In this document: in pieces, positions 26,201 to 40,100 of the stretch | How positions within the stretch are numbered: the first letter of the stretch is position 1 | How the letters are laid out: every line of letters starts with the position of its first letter | DNA from: Spongospora subterranea f. sp. subterranea | Taxonomy: Eukaryota | Assembly (NCBI GenBank): GCA_049724395.1 | Contig: JAUGWO010000010.1 | Coordinates: 1 to 64,000, forward strand | Length of the DNA stretch: 64,000 bases | Direction of reading: 5' to 3' | Made by a program: the position numbers and the translations under genes | Notes under the pieces: generated by a model | Databases searched by the model: none | What the model saw: the letters and a program-made list of their open reading frames with translations, nothing else | Told to the model about the DNA's origin: nothing

Positions 26201-28256
26201 CTTATCCCCAAATCCGAAAATGTTGACAGCTGCAGTATTACAGTCCTGAATTTGCCCCAGCTTATTTGGGTCCCCAGATATAATAAGAACCTGAACGGTA
26301 TCACGGTTATTGACATCAAGTTGAGTATACTAATAAAGATGTTTCAAGACATACAATATTTTCGTCATCAAATAACGCCTTGTCATATGCTTTTTGCAGT
26401 TCTAAATCCGTGTTTGGGCGGCGGGAAGTAATTGCGATTTCTGAAGATTTCGCTAAACCTTGAGAAAAAACCGTGTCGTGCAGTATATCACGTGAAAACC
26501 CAGCGCTCAGTTGTAAAGCAGTCGCTGACATCGAAGACGAGAGTTCGACGCACTGGTGATATGTCGACGTAGCATTGGTCATCGCCTGTGCAAGTTGAAA
26601 TTCGGTTCGACATAGTCAAACTGTAAGAATTTACCTTGCTAATTTCTCCTCCAATATCATATAAATCCTCGTTCGTAGCGTGGTTAACCATGGACCAGAA
26701 TTTGATTTGATAAAGAGTAGCGTCTACATCAGCCTCAACTGCCGTTGAAAGAGCCTGGTTGAACTCGGAGAATTTGATATTAGCTTTGGCTTCAGCGGTT
26801 GAAACGACAAACTCCTGAATTTCTAAACGAAGCTTAAAAATCAAGTACTGGGCGTCCCAAGCAGGATAATGATTTTCAGCTTGTTCGAGGTATAAAAGGG
26901 CTGAAAATGAGCTCGCTTGATAATAAAACGAGAACATTGCACGAAATACATAGAAGAATGATGAATTTGGAAAGCAGGACGAAGTTTGGGCAAAAAGAGT
27001 CTGACACACTGCCAAATGTGCATCTGAGTTATCGACCGTAACTAAGAAATCGTGCGAATGTTGTCGCTGAAATCGAACAGGCTGTAAAATGGTCTGGATA
27101 CGCACCTGAACTTCAAATGCATTTCGCATAAGCAAAGGCGGAATGTCAGTCACAATTGCTTGACGAATTTTGATGATAAAAAATCCGGCTCCAGCAATGA
27201 ATGGAGCAGAAATCAGAAAGATCTGTAAGCCAACCGCGCCTGATATTACCGAATAAGCTAAATGAACGACGTATTAGAAATTCATAGAAAAAAAGGGGGA
27301 AATTTTGTTGAGTCTACCTATGGTTTTACAAAAGATAGCCCAGAATACGATAAAGGCGGCGACAGATTGGGCTTGGTTGGCTAGTTGCACAAAGTATGGA
27401 CCAAACATTGAAAACACGTAGGCAAGGGCTAACGATGGCGTAAGGCATAACAAGCAGGGAATGAAAGACGAGGGTGGAAATATATTGTACAATATCACCA
27501 TTTGAATACGAAGGAGAAACTGAGCAATGCTGAACCTGGCGTGAGACATTGAGGTGAAGCTAGGTGAAAAAGGGTCCGTAACGATCATTGTTCCTTTGAT
27601 GATGGTGCAAATTACTGCAATTATTGGAAATATGATCAACGCAGACACATATGAAGCAGCTAAATTATTGGAAATATGATCAAGCAGTATGACCTCCCGA
27701 AATCAAAGGAGAAAGTAGCACCTCAAGCAGGGGAATCGACAGCCATGTTGTAAATGCCAGGGATGACTCTCTAAAGAACTGGGTAAGCATCTGAAGTGAA
27801 AACAGGTGAGAAAACAGTAGTGAAATCGCAAACACATACTTTGAAATTGACCACAGCCAACTTGATTGGTGATGAACGAGAAGATTGTTGTTGAAATACA
27901 AGAAATGCCGCAACAATGATATATAGTGAGCAGAACACAACAGCAATTATAGACAATGTCTCTACGCTAGAACGGTCGAGGCAACGAAGATTGGTTACTG
28001 CCAGCACGGTCGATGACGATTGACTTATTGTACCTCCGTCCGATGTTTGCGGAAACACGTACGATAATAACTGCGACGTTTCCAATACAGTGACAATGCA
28101 CGACCTCCAAACGGATTCCTCAAGGTCAGAAGACATTGAGCGAATAAATCGAAGGCTATCAGCTCCCAGCACCCGAACTGCGTGAATTTTGGAATCCAAG
28201 GGTGATTCCGGTTCCCCAAATGAACCTTCTTCATTATCGAATGCATCGTACTCCAT
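23251..28256 (-). CDS. Large multi-pass membrane protein with a PAS domain, TmcB/TmcC (tiny macrocysts)-like, multi-exon
   Basis: N-terminal TM block, helical AWDAQYLIFK region, PAS-like QNLTSLIPPPISLNH, later TM pairs, C-terminal RPMIEKLDQNIKQVQAMLLMIP. Confidence 0.7.
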
Positions 28257-28542
28257 CCAAAATGAATGGCTAGTCACAATAGCCCCTTTAATCCTTCAGA
28301 GTAATGACGATAGTGATAACATATCAACCTATGTAGTCATACGCATGTTTGCTTGATGATTGATTACTATACGAGACAAGCAGCAACAATTGGAAGACTC
28401 CCAGTCACAGCCATGAGGAAACGAAAATGAAAAGAGCGTTTTCAAAGGTACTGTAGTGTGCAAGATAGCATGCAGTTTATCATAGTTTATAAATACAGTG
28501 AACATTTGTCGATATATTTGATTTTGACAAACAGTTGAAGCG

Positions 28543-30205
28543 TCATCGATTTGAGTCGTTATATGAAGAACTGTCCCGGTATACAAGAGGTTCCACAAGC
28601 TGATTGCTAGAGCGATCGATTGACCATATCTGGTCGGGACCGGAAGTAGCAATGAAAAGTAACAACGCCAATGCAACGACCAGAATGATACAGGCGTAGA
28701 ACACCGTTCCAGCACGAAATCCGTATACTTGCATTAAAATTCCCGCCAATGGCGGGGCCACAAACCTCGCCAAGAGAAAATGACGACGTGATGATTCCAG
28801 AAATAACTCCTAGCGCATGATCACCCAAATGCAAAACAGCATATCTGGAAACAGAAAATTGATTTCGGAATAATAAAAGTGAAGATGGAAACGAGCTTAC
28901 GTCATGGAAGGGACGACAGGTACAAGAACTAAGCTGCACCCAGCGCTAATCAAAATCAGGGCAAATATCTGGTATTCCAATCCGGTCCAAGGAAGAGAAC
29001 CGGAAAGAAGACATAGCGCGAACGCTATAATTATAAGACCCAGAACTATAAATGGGCGCGTATTTCTGGGTGAAGTTGCCCAACCGACGCACGGAGAACA
29101 GATGGCGTAGACGGCAGATATAAGTGTAAATAGCAGGCCTAATTCGCTCGCTGAAAGGTTGCTTCCGATAAAGTGAGGCTGTAGGGCAAGCTCCAGGTAT
29201 GCGAACACTGACATTCCAACTACGGCAGCTAGAACGACCAAGGCGATGCCAGGAGTGCGGAGTACCTCTAGCACAGAAATATCGCTGAATTGCTGAAACC
29301 TTTGTGCACGGGTAGGAACAAGCCAAACTAACGGAATCATTAATGCAAGAGTAAATCCTATGAGATAGCCGCGTCAGATACCAAGACAAAAAAATATCTA
29401 TGCGAATACCTCCAATCACAAGAAAAGGAGCTTGAAATCCCCAGTGCTGATACAAAACGCCACCAAAAAGCGGACCAACCATGAAGCCTAAACTCTCTGC
29501 TACCTAAGAAAGTTAAGAGAAAACACGGTCATTTGTATAGCAATCACTGACATCCATGAGACCGGTAACCGTTCCAATAGAATCGGGAAACCGTCCTGCA
29601 AGCATAGCAGTTGCTCCAGTTTCAGTGGCAGCACAACCGATGCCTTGAAAGAACCGGATTATAAGTCCGAAACATATAAACATTCCTCCATGAAGATGAT
29701 CAATGAGAGAGAAACTTGCTACACACACACCAGTTGTGATACCACCACCAATAATAAGAATCTTCGGCCCAAGATAAGGGACAGAATATCCCCATACTGG
29801 CGCTGACAAAAACACCGACAACGGGAACGCGCTCAGGATAAATCCTACTGATCTTAAAGAAACTCCATGACCAATCGCTTCGTTAGGAAAAAATGGTCCT
29901 ATTAACGATCTATAACATAGACGTTGAACATTGGAGTTTGCATATATAAAAAACGCAACAACTTGAAACACTGTTAATTATAATAAACCAAAGCAAACAA
30001 ATACATACATTGGAATGTTCATGAAAAGTGATAACAAGATCAGCGCTGTAAAGGCAGAACTAAAAGGATTTAAGACTTTCTCCTGGTCCGGATTCTCCTG
30101 ATATATGTGCCGTTCATTTGCTTCTGGTTTTCTTGGTATATCCGATACAATTTCTTCAAGTATCGGTTTGGACAGCATGGGCGCCTCGGCTGTAGTCGAT
30201 CCCAT
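28543..30205 (-). CDS. MFS transporter, SLC18B1-like, multi-exon
   Basis: SLIGPFFPNEA, IRFFQGIG, GPLFGGVLY..GFQAPF and GEVCGP motifs; ~12 hydrophobic segments. Confidence 0.85.
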
Positions 30206-30897
30206 GTTATTATTTGGTTTGGGTATTCCGAGGAGCCGTTCCCCACGTACGACCGCATGCATCCAGGCGTGCAATTGGACTTTTAATACCTATATAATGA
30301 TTATCCATACAGTAGGCCACACGACCTTATTTGAGCCAGGTTCAGTCCCAGAGATAGAATTGTCTACACGGCCTACCACCTGAACCAATGTGCGCTCAGT
30401 ACAGTACTTAGTATAGTGCGCGCAACAATATCTGCATCTGCGTATGGATTGGATTTGAACGTCTACACCATACATTAACGGCCGCAGGCCTGGTCTAGGT
30501 TTAACCTTAATCGTATAGAAAAAAGTGACGGAATGCTGCTTTAGAAGCGCGAAAATGATTGCAAAAGATTAGGATTATTTTTAGCGACGTTTTTTGGCGA
30601 CGTTCTTAGGCTGTGCTCTGTAATCTGCTTAAATTTAATTGACATGTATGCTTCTCCAAAGTAATAAATTTTTGTTCGGATTTGCATGCAAATTATTATA
30701 CACCATCATGATCGTCGTAGGCTGTACTTTGAAGCTCGTCTCGCAAAACAAGGCGACCACAGTCTGAGTATGAAAAAGCGCGCGCGTCCAATGTGAGCAC
30801 CAAATCAAACCCCTGTGAATCATAACGAAGCTGCAAAAGTTAGGGCAAAGACAATTTCCGTCCTCAGTCTTGTAGACTTCTGTTGGCGGAAAGTCGC

Positions 30898-33601
30898 ATG
30901 TCACATGGGGACGATGACAATAGAGATAGCCACGCCCGACTGCGGATAAGCGTCAAGGCCAGGGGAGTTGGAGATATACTTATCGCCAGGCCGTGCTATT
31001 TCTGCGTTCAAGCAACGATCGGCAGCGATTTCAGCACCGTTTCGGATTGGTTTCCTGCTCCTGTCTATAAAGCTTCGCGTCATGAGCTCGACTTTGGCAT
31101 AATAGAGTTAGAAATGTCTGCGCTCCATCTTTCCAAGCTGAAAAACGTTCGTTCTCCCCTGAAGCTGGCATTGCTTGCTGCCCCTAGTCCGTTATCTCCC
31201 ATTCCCATTATTGCTGGGTTTGTTTTGATAGATTATAGAACATTTATCAGCGGTTCAAAATATGAGATTCCAAAGCAATGGTACTTCCAGTATTGTGTCC
31301 CTAGTATATTTTTAACGTCAATGCTGTAATGATGACTAGGTACCGTCTGCAAAGCGCCAAGAGTAAACAAGCTACTCCGGAACTGAATGTCGGATGCAAG
31401 CTGAGCTGGGATTTCACGAAACCTCATGGAACTGAGAGCAACTTTGAGAACTTTTCAACGGACCAGCCAGTCGAAGTTGAGACACCGGAATTGTACGATG
31501 ACGATTTTGAAGACTCGGGTAGTCAAACCGGCTCCTCAAAGATTGACGTGCTTACTGATAGTAAAGACTCGACAACAGTTGACAAGCCTGTTGAAACCGT
31601 TGAAGTTTCTTCGTTGCCAAATGAGGGCACTGCAGAATCGGCCAGAAGTTCTCATGCAGATCACATAATCAATCCAGAATTTAATCACCGGATGTCCAAT
31701 CTCAAAACAATGACGCACATTCCTGTCGACGAACATCATTATCGTATCAGCGTTGATCTGCGCTCTGTCCGTGACCTTGATCGTTCAGGTCTCGTTTACG
31801 CTCGATATGTATATCCATTATTTGGGGACTCTGAAACTGTTGCTACGCATCCAGCTGTGCAGGTTTGTTTTTCTTAAATGATTCTTTCGATATAATTGAT
31901 CGTAGTGCGGTTTCAGTTTGAATTAAACCATGAAGTCTTTTTGCCCAACTCTTTTTGTGCTTTCGAACTGGACATGAAGCCAACGGAACTTGAACGAGTC
32001 CTTAGCGAAGATCCTTTTGTCGTTGAAGTTATAGCAAAGAATGAAGATCAGACCGAAAGGTATGGTTTATATTGTTCAACACCACTACAGTTTTTACATG
32101 TTGAAATTCGGCAGTGTAATAGGGTTGGCGACTTTGAACATGACCGAGCTGCTTTCAGCCCCTCGTGTTTCCGTTGAAACTGGGCATGTACGAGCGGTTG
32201 ATATCTGGGTTCCCATATTCAACAGCGGTTTGTCCAATTTTCCTTCACGGGACATTCAACTTGCAGGTTCCCTGCGGTGCACCGTGTTTCTAGAGGATTT
32301 CGGAGAGCGTCAACCAACACAATTTGAAGTTTCTCAAATTTCAGAATGTGACGCAGAGGCCGAGCGTGGAAGTCAAGCTTATCATGTTGCGTGGGAGTTG
32401 GAAGCATGGAAGCGCAGAGAACAAGAGACCTTCAAAGTTGCTATGGAGGAGATGAAAACCAAACGGACGCAGGAGGTTGAAGATGAATTGCACGAACTTG
32501 TGTTGAAAAAAGAAGTATCTTTGCGGAATGGTTACGAAATTTGTAGTTTATGTATGTTTTTTGCAGTCTTTACTATCGCAAAAGAAAAAAGAAATTTCTC
32601 AACTTGAAAAGAAGCTTGGACAGGCAAGAACATAATATCAGCAAGGCACTTTTTTGATTTTACCCAGGTCCTATTTGATATTCGAAATCAAGAGAGAGTT
32701 CTCAGACATCAAGAAGAAGAGCATGTCAAGTTGAAAGAATCATTGATACGGGAACATGATTTACGCATTCGTGAAGATGCCGCTGTGCTGAAAAGCCTCC
32801 GCAGGCAACACGTAGGAAAAACTGTTGTTTTGACTTACTAGTCTTCATCTCTGATTTGAAAAGGCACAAGAATTAGCAATTAGGGACCGAGAGAAGACCA
32901 TCCTGGAATCTCGTGTAACCGAGCTTGAGCGTATGTATGCTGATCAAATCGAGCATGTGATGAGTGTCAAGAAGAAAATGGCAACTTCAACTGTTGGAAA
33001 GCTTCAGAACGATCTGGCCGATGTCAATCGACATCTGCAAACGGCCCTTGAAGAAATTGACCAGTCAAAAGTAAAAGAAAAACGCCTCCAATCACAGCTG
33101 GTGTCATGTTTGAAAGAGTTGGCTCGACTTCGGCAGACAAGTGAGATCGTTGAGAACGTAAGCACCATGACATGCATATTGAGCCACTTTAAGAAGCGAA
33201 CTTAGGAACGATTGGAGCGCGAAAGGCTTGAACTTCAACGACTACGCATACAACTAATGGCCAAACATCAACAGCGAGATTTAGATGCTGATAGGGGGCA
33301 ACTCCAATCTATAAGAAACGATATTCGTCGTATGCTGTCGAACGATCGACAGAGTTTGTCTGAATCCCCCAAAAGATGTCGGTTCTTTTGTGCTTGCACC
33401 AGAATGAATATTACTAACCGATAGATAGTAGATGACGATAATATACGACAAGATGATGCCGAGCATGTGGCTAACAGGGAGGAATACGAAAGGCTGCAAG
33501 GGGAGAAGACCGATCTTCTTCGTTCCGGAATATATAGTCTAGATCATGAACTTATCAAACGCATCAACGAACGCATACAAAGCCTGAAGGTCACATCGTA
33601 A
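30898..33601 (+). CDS. CEP120: Centrosomal protein CEP120-like (C2 domains plus coiled coil), multi-exon
   Basis: HHYRISVDLRSV, YARYVYPLFG, FLPNSFCAFE, AWELEAWK and C-terminal LLRSGIYS..HELI. Confidence 0.85.
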
Positions 33602-33698
33602 CTTTATCAAGCAAGTTCAAATAAACTCCAACTTATTTATTCTATCCAAACAATTTTGCCATTGTAGATTTACATTTCATTTCGATTTGCGAAGCATG

Positions 33699-34441
33699 TT
33701 AACACTGTGTGTCTGGAAGTTCGATAGTCGACATCCACAGTTTTAATCGAAAAGCATCTACGCCGTTCATATAGTACCTACAGAGAAATCGATCAAAGCT
33801 AAATAATGATACAGTTGAAATCTACCTGTGCAATCGTTTATCTTTAACAAATCCAAGATTTTCATATAGCCGAACTGCGCTAGTATTAGTGACTTCGGTT
33901 TCTAACACGACCTGATCCGATATATCAGATGCAGATTGTCAATGATTGATCTTAGCCAGACCTGAGCGCAATTTGCTTCTGCCATACGTTCTATGATCAT
34001 ATTGATAAGCTTGCTTCCTAAAAAGACGCCGATGATCAATGGAAAACGTTTAATGACTAAAAAGAATGGTCGTTTCTGTAATGAAAACATTCATTACGAA
34101 CCTACGTTAATAAATTTGTTTTTACGAACCTAATCCTTTTCTCCGATAATGCTTATCCACGACCAGCATGGCGATGTATCCACGACGGACACCTTTCTTG
34201 GTAATGTCATGTTTTCCGACAATTGTGGCGACGCATACCCCTTCATCCATAGCCTGATGCAATTCGCAATGACCACATCATCAATCAACTCCCGATAGGC
34301 CCATACTAATATGCACAGGTACGGCCAGGCGTTTAGGAAGTATCGATATGTGAATACGGAATACGGTTCCGATAGATCAGTTTCTATAAGGCGCTGGAGC
34401 AATGGCAGCTGATCCTCATTGGTGTACGTGATGAACTCCAT
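33699..34441 (-). CDS. NAA30: N-alpha-acetyltransferase 30 (NatC catalytic subunit, MAK3), multi-exon
   Basis: [53 protein letters not shown]. Confidence 0.93.
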
Positions 34442-34709
34442 GGGTTATATAATAAAGCCGGATGAATGAAGAAGTGGTTATATTCAGGTGATTCGCTTTC
34501 CCCAACGACCCCCACCAGCAGTTTATAGTCAAGAGCCCTTAGAGAAATGGATTTCCGCTACACAGTAAACCAGGAGGAGGAAGGCTGTGCACCGATACCG
34601 TTACACCACCTAACCCTCGTTACTGTAGTCGTTACGGCATACGGAGATAAAGGGGCGGTATGTGTTGACGGGGGCCCCAACTACCAGGGAAGCAATATGG
34701 CATCCTTAT

Positions 34710-35410
34710 GAATTCCCACATAGGAGCGATCAGCCAAACGATTAAAGCTGGAGGTGGAAGATTTACTCATTTAGGTTGTCCTATTGCTCCCCCATAGATA
34801 ATCGGCCAAGAAAATGACGGGTTGTTGGGGCCCAATCAACATGTACCGCCCGACAACGTCGCAAAAAATGTGATTGCCTGAAGCGATGGTGGCGAAACAC
34901 GACCCATCATCTTCCATGTCATTGAATTTTTGGTGAACATCAACTTGCTGTGACATGTTGGTCATTGATCTGCGCTGATTCAGATGCACCTATAAACGCA
35001 AAGAATGAATTAATGGAAGCGCACGTTCTGATCATATACATTGCTGCATGCCTCATTCTTGCAACACTGATCCAAGACCTGTGCTTCGCTCCTGTTCCCA
35101 TCAATGGCCACGTGTCCCAGCAAGTTGATGTTTATGATGGATTCATCAATGTTAGAAATATGGAAGATGTCGGGTCGTGTTTTCGCCACGATCTCTTCAG
35201 GCAATCATTTTTGTGCCATGTACTACAGGAAGATGTGACGTGATCGGGTTATAGGTAATAACAGTAAGAATGAAGGTCGGGCGGTACATGTTGACTGGGC
35301 CCCAACAACCGGTGATTATCTATCCGAAACAATAAACAACCTAATGTATCAATCTTCCACCTCCAACTTCAATGGCTACTCGCTTCTGCTGTATGTGGGA
35401 GTTGGAATTC
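34710..35410. repeat. Degenerate fold-back inverted repeat (arms ~34710-34968 and ~35100-35410)
   Basis: For example TCAACATGTACCGCCCGAC (~34836) pairs with GTCGGGCGGTACATGTTGA (~35276), and TGGAGGTGGAAGATT (~34749) pairs with AATCTTCCACCTCCA (~35351). Confidence 0.8.
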
Positions 35411-35600
35411 ACTGCAATACTGCCACACTCTATTGTGGTTTATGCAGTGACATTGCCCACACTTCTAATGGCATTATTGTTGAGTTCCAATCGATTAGTT
35501 TCTTCATGACATCAGTATGTCGAGTGAATATACCATGTTATCCTGATTACATCCCATTATATTTGACGCGGTCATTCAGTCGACCAAACGTTACACAACA

Positions 35601-37103
35601 ATGGCACGGCGTTCATCTCGTGTTACCGGCAATGCCGTCGCCCATGCTGGCGCTCGTAATAACAAGTCCAATGTTAGGGGTTCGGCGGCCGTCGTCGGCG
35701 CTCTGGAAGGCCGGTTAATACAATGCACCGGTACATGGAGTGATTGGCTACCAATAGACATCAAGCCGGGCCAGTTCTGGGCAAAAGGCACGCTAACCAA
35801 CGGGCAGTGCTTCGGATGGCGCCATCAGCCTGGCATTCAGGAAGACGACCAATTTACAGGTGTCTTGTGCGATCAAGTTTTACAGATTCGCCAATCCGAT
35901 CCCATGTCAATGGCGTTATATCGAGTCGCCATTCCCCATCATAACAATGATCAAGGTCAGGTATCCAAGTCTCGCACTCGGCTACACCATTTTTTACGAT
36001 CCGATGCCGATTTATCAGCTCATTATAAACAATGGGCATCATCAGATCTGCAGTTCTCAGCATTTCCTGAACATTTTGCTGGCATTCGCCTATTACAACA
36101 GGATCCCGTTGAGTGTTTGTTCTCCTTCATATGCTCCTCTAATAACCACATCACTCGAATCACCTCCATTCTCAACAAACTTCGCGATCGTTTTGGAGTT
36201 GATATTATGGTCGTCGACGGCGTCGTCTATAAGCAATTTCCGACGATCGCGTCGCTCGCAGCGTCGTCTGAAGAGGAGTTGAAATCGCTAGGGCTCGGAT
36301 ATCGTGCCCGATATATTCACCAAACCGCTATCGCATTATCAAATCGCCCTGACAATTTCCTCCACGATTTTCATCAGCGCTCTCAAGTCGAAATTCAGAC
36401 CGAATTATGCCAACTGATGGGAATTGGTTCGGTTGACCCCGCCTTCGGATGTTTTAAGCGGATATTTGATGTATTTTTTTTATCACAGGGCGCAAGGTAG
36501 CCGATTGTATATCATTATTCTCCATGAACCAGCTCCAAGTTGTGCCAGTTGACACACATGTTCTGCAGATCGCATTGAAGCATTACAGGGATCGCATCGG
36601 ATCCATCACCAAATCCCAAACCCTCACTCCCAAAGTATATTACGCCGATTGTCAACTTCTATCATCGATTTAGCAATCTTTCAGTTTTCACTTTTATTCT
36701 CTGTATTTTGCGTCCAATCGAATTCGATTTTCCCGTCTTTATTCAAGGAAATTAACCTGAATATGGTCAGGTTTATAATCAGATTTCGACTGGATTTGTG
36801 AGCGTATTTGGCGAGCTGGCTGGCTGGGCTCATAGCATATTATTCACTGCCGACCTACCCCAGTTCAGAGATCACCTTTCCCCAAAAAAACTCGACACAA
36901 ACTTGGAGACCGGAACCGCCGCGGAATTCAACAAAACCGATGTCAAGCCAGAAACCAACGAGGTAAAATGCAACACCGAGCAGCTTGATATCAAACTGCG
37001 GGTCAATTTGAAATGTGAAAGTGATGGAATCAAACGAAAAATCCCATTAGATTCTGTTTTAAGTGACTTGAAACGTCCTACTCGCGCCAGAAGGTGCTTA
37101 TAA
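35601..37103 (+). CDS. OGG1: 8-oxoguanine DNA glycosylase/AP lyase
   Basis: TLTNGQCFGW, GIRLLQQDPVECLFSFICSSNNHITRI, LGLGYRARYI, KVADCI, VPVDTHV (HhH-GPD), FGELAGWAHSILF. Confidence 0.95.
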
Positions 37104-37139
37104 AACGTATTCATTGTGTGATTTATATTGTTTCGCTGT

Positions 37140-40100
37140 CTATCTATGTATATCTTGTTGTTGCAGTAATGCCTGCTGGTTACTCTCGCCCTTCGGCGTT
37201 GATTCGGTCTGTATTGCGAAACCATGAACACTGTATCGTCGAGGTAAGACTACCGCCCAGCGGTCGATAAACCTCAACAGTAGTTCATCGTTGGAAACTT
37301 CTAAAAGTCACCTTCTGTGCGCTGGCGAAACAGGTCGAATCAGAACCAGTCTATACGTAATCCTGAAACTCACCAGTGAACAGAGCAGAATCAATGACAT
37401 TTTCACCCGAAAACTCAATTCGATTCGCTGGTAACCGTATGTGCACAGAACCGTCGATTGGTGCTGGCCCTGCTATATTCTCCCATCATCCTTCCAGCGT
37501 TGTTTTCTGAAGAATTCCGACACATTGACCATGTAGGGCAAAAAACTTGCCGATCTCACACTAGCATATTCCCAGTCATTTGCTTCTAGATGATCACAAG
37601 AAAATCGGTGACGAGGAGACTCGGAAACAATTACATTGTCCAGTTTTAGCAAATCTGTTGAATATTAGGTCAGTTCATCGTTGACTTTTTCGATTTGTTT
37701 TGACAACTTTATAAATGAATATTGCATATAATCTCTGTTTTCTCTATATCTGGGGTGGTTACCGGAACGAATCCGCCTTTGAGAACGCAGGTAATGGACT
37801 CCCGAATATGGCGAATAATTCCGGTTGGCTCGATCGTCGTCCATTTCCCACAATCGAAACTCAGCTCGATGCGAACTTGTTCGCCTTGGGCCGACAGCGT
37901 CCCCGATGATGGCGACACGCGTAAACAACCCGTCTTCTTGGTCGATTCCGACAGCTGCAGATCGTAGGAGCCTGGCGTTCCCTTCATCAACGGCGAAGAA
38001 ATCGAGCACGATCCGACAAAAAAGTATCCAACAATGCTCGAATTCGTATCGGATTTCTAAACAATCAAATTTGAGATGACAAGATGAAACACCCGCCAGA
38101 GCCATAGGAAAATGCAAAATTGACTCCAGAAACAAACTCATTTACACAGCAAGAGCAATAACGCGACTTCAAACTGATTGGTGACAGTCGCGAACAAGTT
38201 CACGAAGTTGAAAGACTTAATTTGAAAAAATCAGGACAATGTGGGAGGACGCTGACCTGAAGAGCGACTGTAATTGGCGATAGGATCGGGTTGAACATAT
38301 CGTGATCATGTTGAATGAGTGCCGATGGCGACAGAACATAGAGTTGACGGGGCCATGATCGCGCCACCACCTCGTACAGACGTGCCGGGCGATCGTCGGT
38401 CAGGGTGAGACGAACGGTGGCGCCATATCCGGGATGGGCACGATCAGGACGTAGGGAGATGGGCACGCCGACCGATGCTTGTGGAGAGAGATCACCAGAT
38501 GAAGGGGAGATCAACACAGGTACGCGCCCCGAATGATTCGGCACCAGGATGCGATCGACCTTAAAATTGTACGAGATAGGGAATGAGGAATCGTTGCGAA
38601 TATTGACCACCTTAGATCTCTCATCTCTATTGATACATTCTCAGAACCCGCTGACCCATGAAAAACTCTGAAATAACAAATAAAAACACATAGGTTCCTA
38701 TTCACGCAGAAACGGAAAAAAGCATGAATGGATCAAACTGTTTGAAGGCAAGATTGACAACGCATGTTTTTTAAACATCGGATTGGTGTTTGCATTGCAA
38801 TTTAGTTTCCAGGCAAATTTGACATAAACCCAATCGGTGAAAACAAATTACTTAATAAATCAGACCAAAAAAGAAGAATAAAAGTAGAAAGCGCTCAGTT
38901 ATATATATGATGTGTGTCCTATTATACCCATATACAATACCGCCCAAATCAATATATCCAGGATCGGGGTCGATAATAACGCTGGCCGATGCGCCCTGCC
39001 CTTCCAGACCCAGCTCAACCTGGCCGTTGAACCGGACCGAGTCCCTGTAGGGCCCATGACGGGAGGGTCGGAACAGAGCCCATAGGGCGGCCTCCTGACC
39101 GGCCTCCAGATACGTGACACCGCCATGTTGTATCGTGATGGCGCTATCGGGCACTGGTAGTGGGGTGGTTCCGGCCAGGTCCAGGGCGATACCCGATGGG
39201 CCAGTATTTCTACCACACCATCACAATCCGTCAATTCATTTCCACCTTAAACCGAATAACGTAGTTTGTGATTGTTATTCTGATAAACCAAAAGAGAAAC
39301 AATGGTTTCAACTTCAAACTGTTGACTCCTTAATTGGTTTGTGGTGTGATAATGAGACAACGGAAAAACAGATGGGAGATTGGAATCGAGAGAGGTTGCC
39401 AGCAGCGATAGTAATATGTGGGATAGTACATGGGATCTGACCTAATGGTGAAGCATTGACGGCGTGTCTGATGGACTGGTACAATACCGAACCGGACAAC
39501 ACGATCTGGTGGAGAGATAATCGACAGATATTGTCTTGTATTATATACTGTATTGACCTGTTATATTAACACAATCACTCTCATACACTATAATCCCTCG
39601 TCTAAAATCTTCGTCAATTCACAGGAAACCATAACTTAGAGAATAGAAAAAACTGTTTCTGGCGATAATATCACAGATAGGATGAAGAAAATACCTGTAC
39701 GAATATCGGTAATGGAAATTGAGATGTTGATCTGGCCCATATCGGTATGGTGTGCTGAGCCCTGTACACGCCATCCTTGGCGACGGTGGCGCCATCATCG
39801 CCAGCAGATACGGGTTGGAACACGATATCCACCTGACGGGATTGACCGGGACCGATTCGCCCACCGCTTGGTATCAGCGATAAATGGGATGATGCCTACA
39901 TATAACCATCATCACGTGATTAACCGATACCCAATCCATCTCAACAATAGAAACTGACCAATACGCTATAACAACAACATTTAACAATCGCCGTTCAAAA
40001 CAACGATTTGGGGATGAGGAAATTTGTGTTGTTTGTTGGACCTTATCTGGTTCCGTCATCTGATATTGATAATCGGTATTAGTGGTGTTGGTAATGGTGC

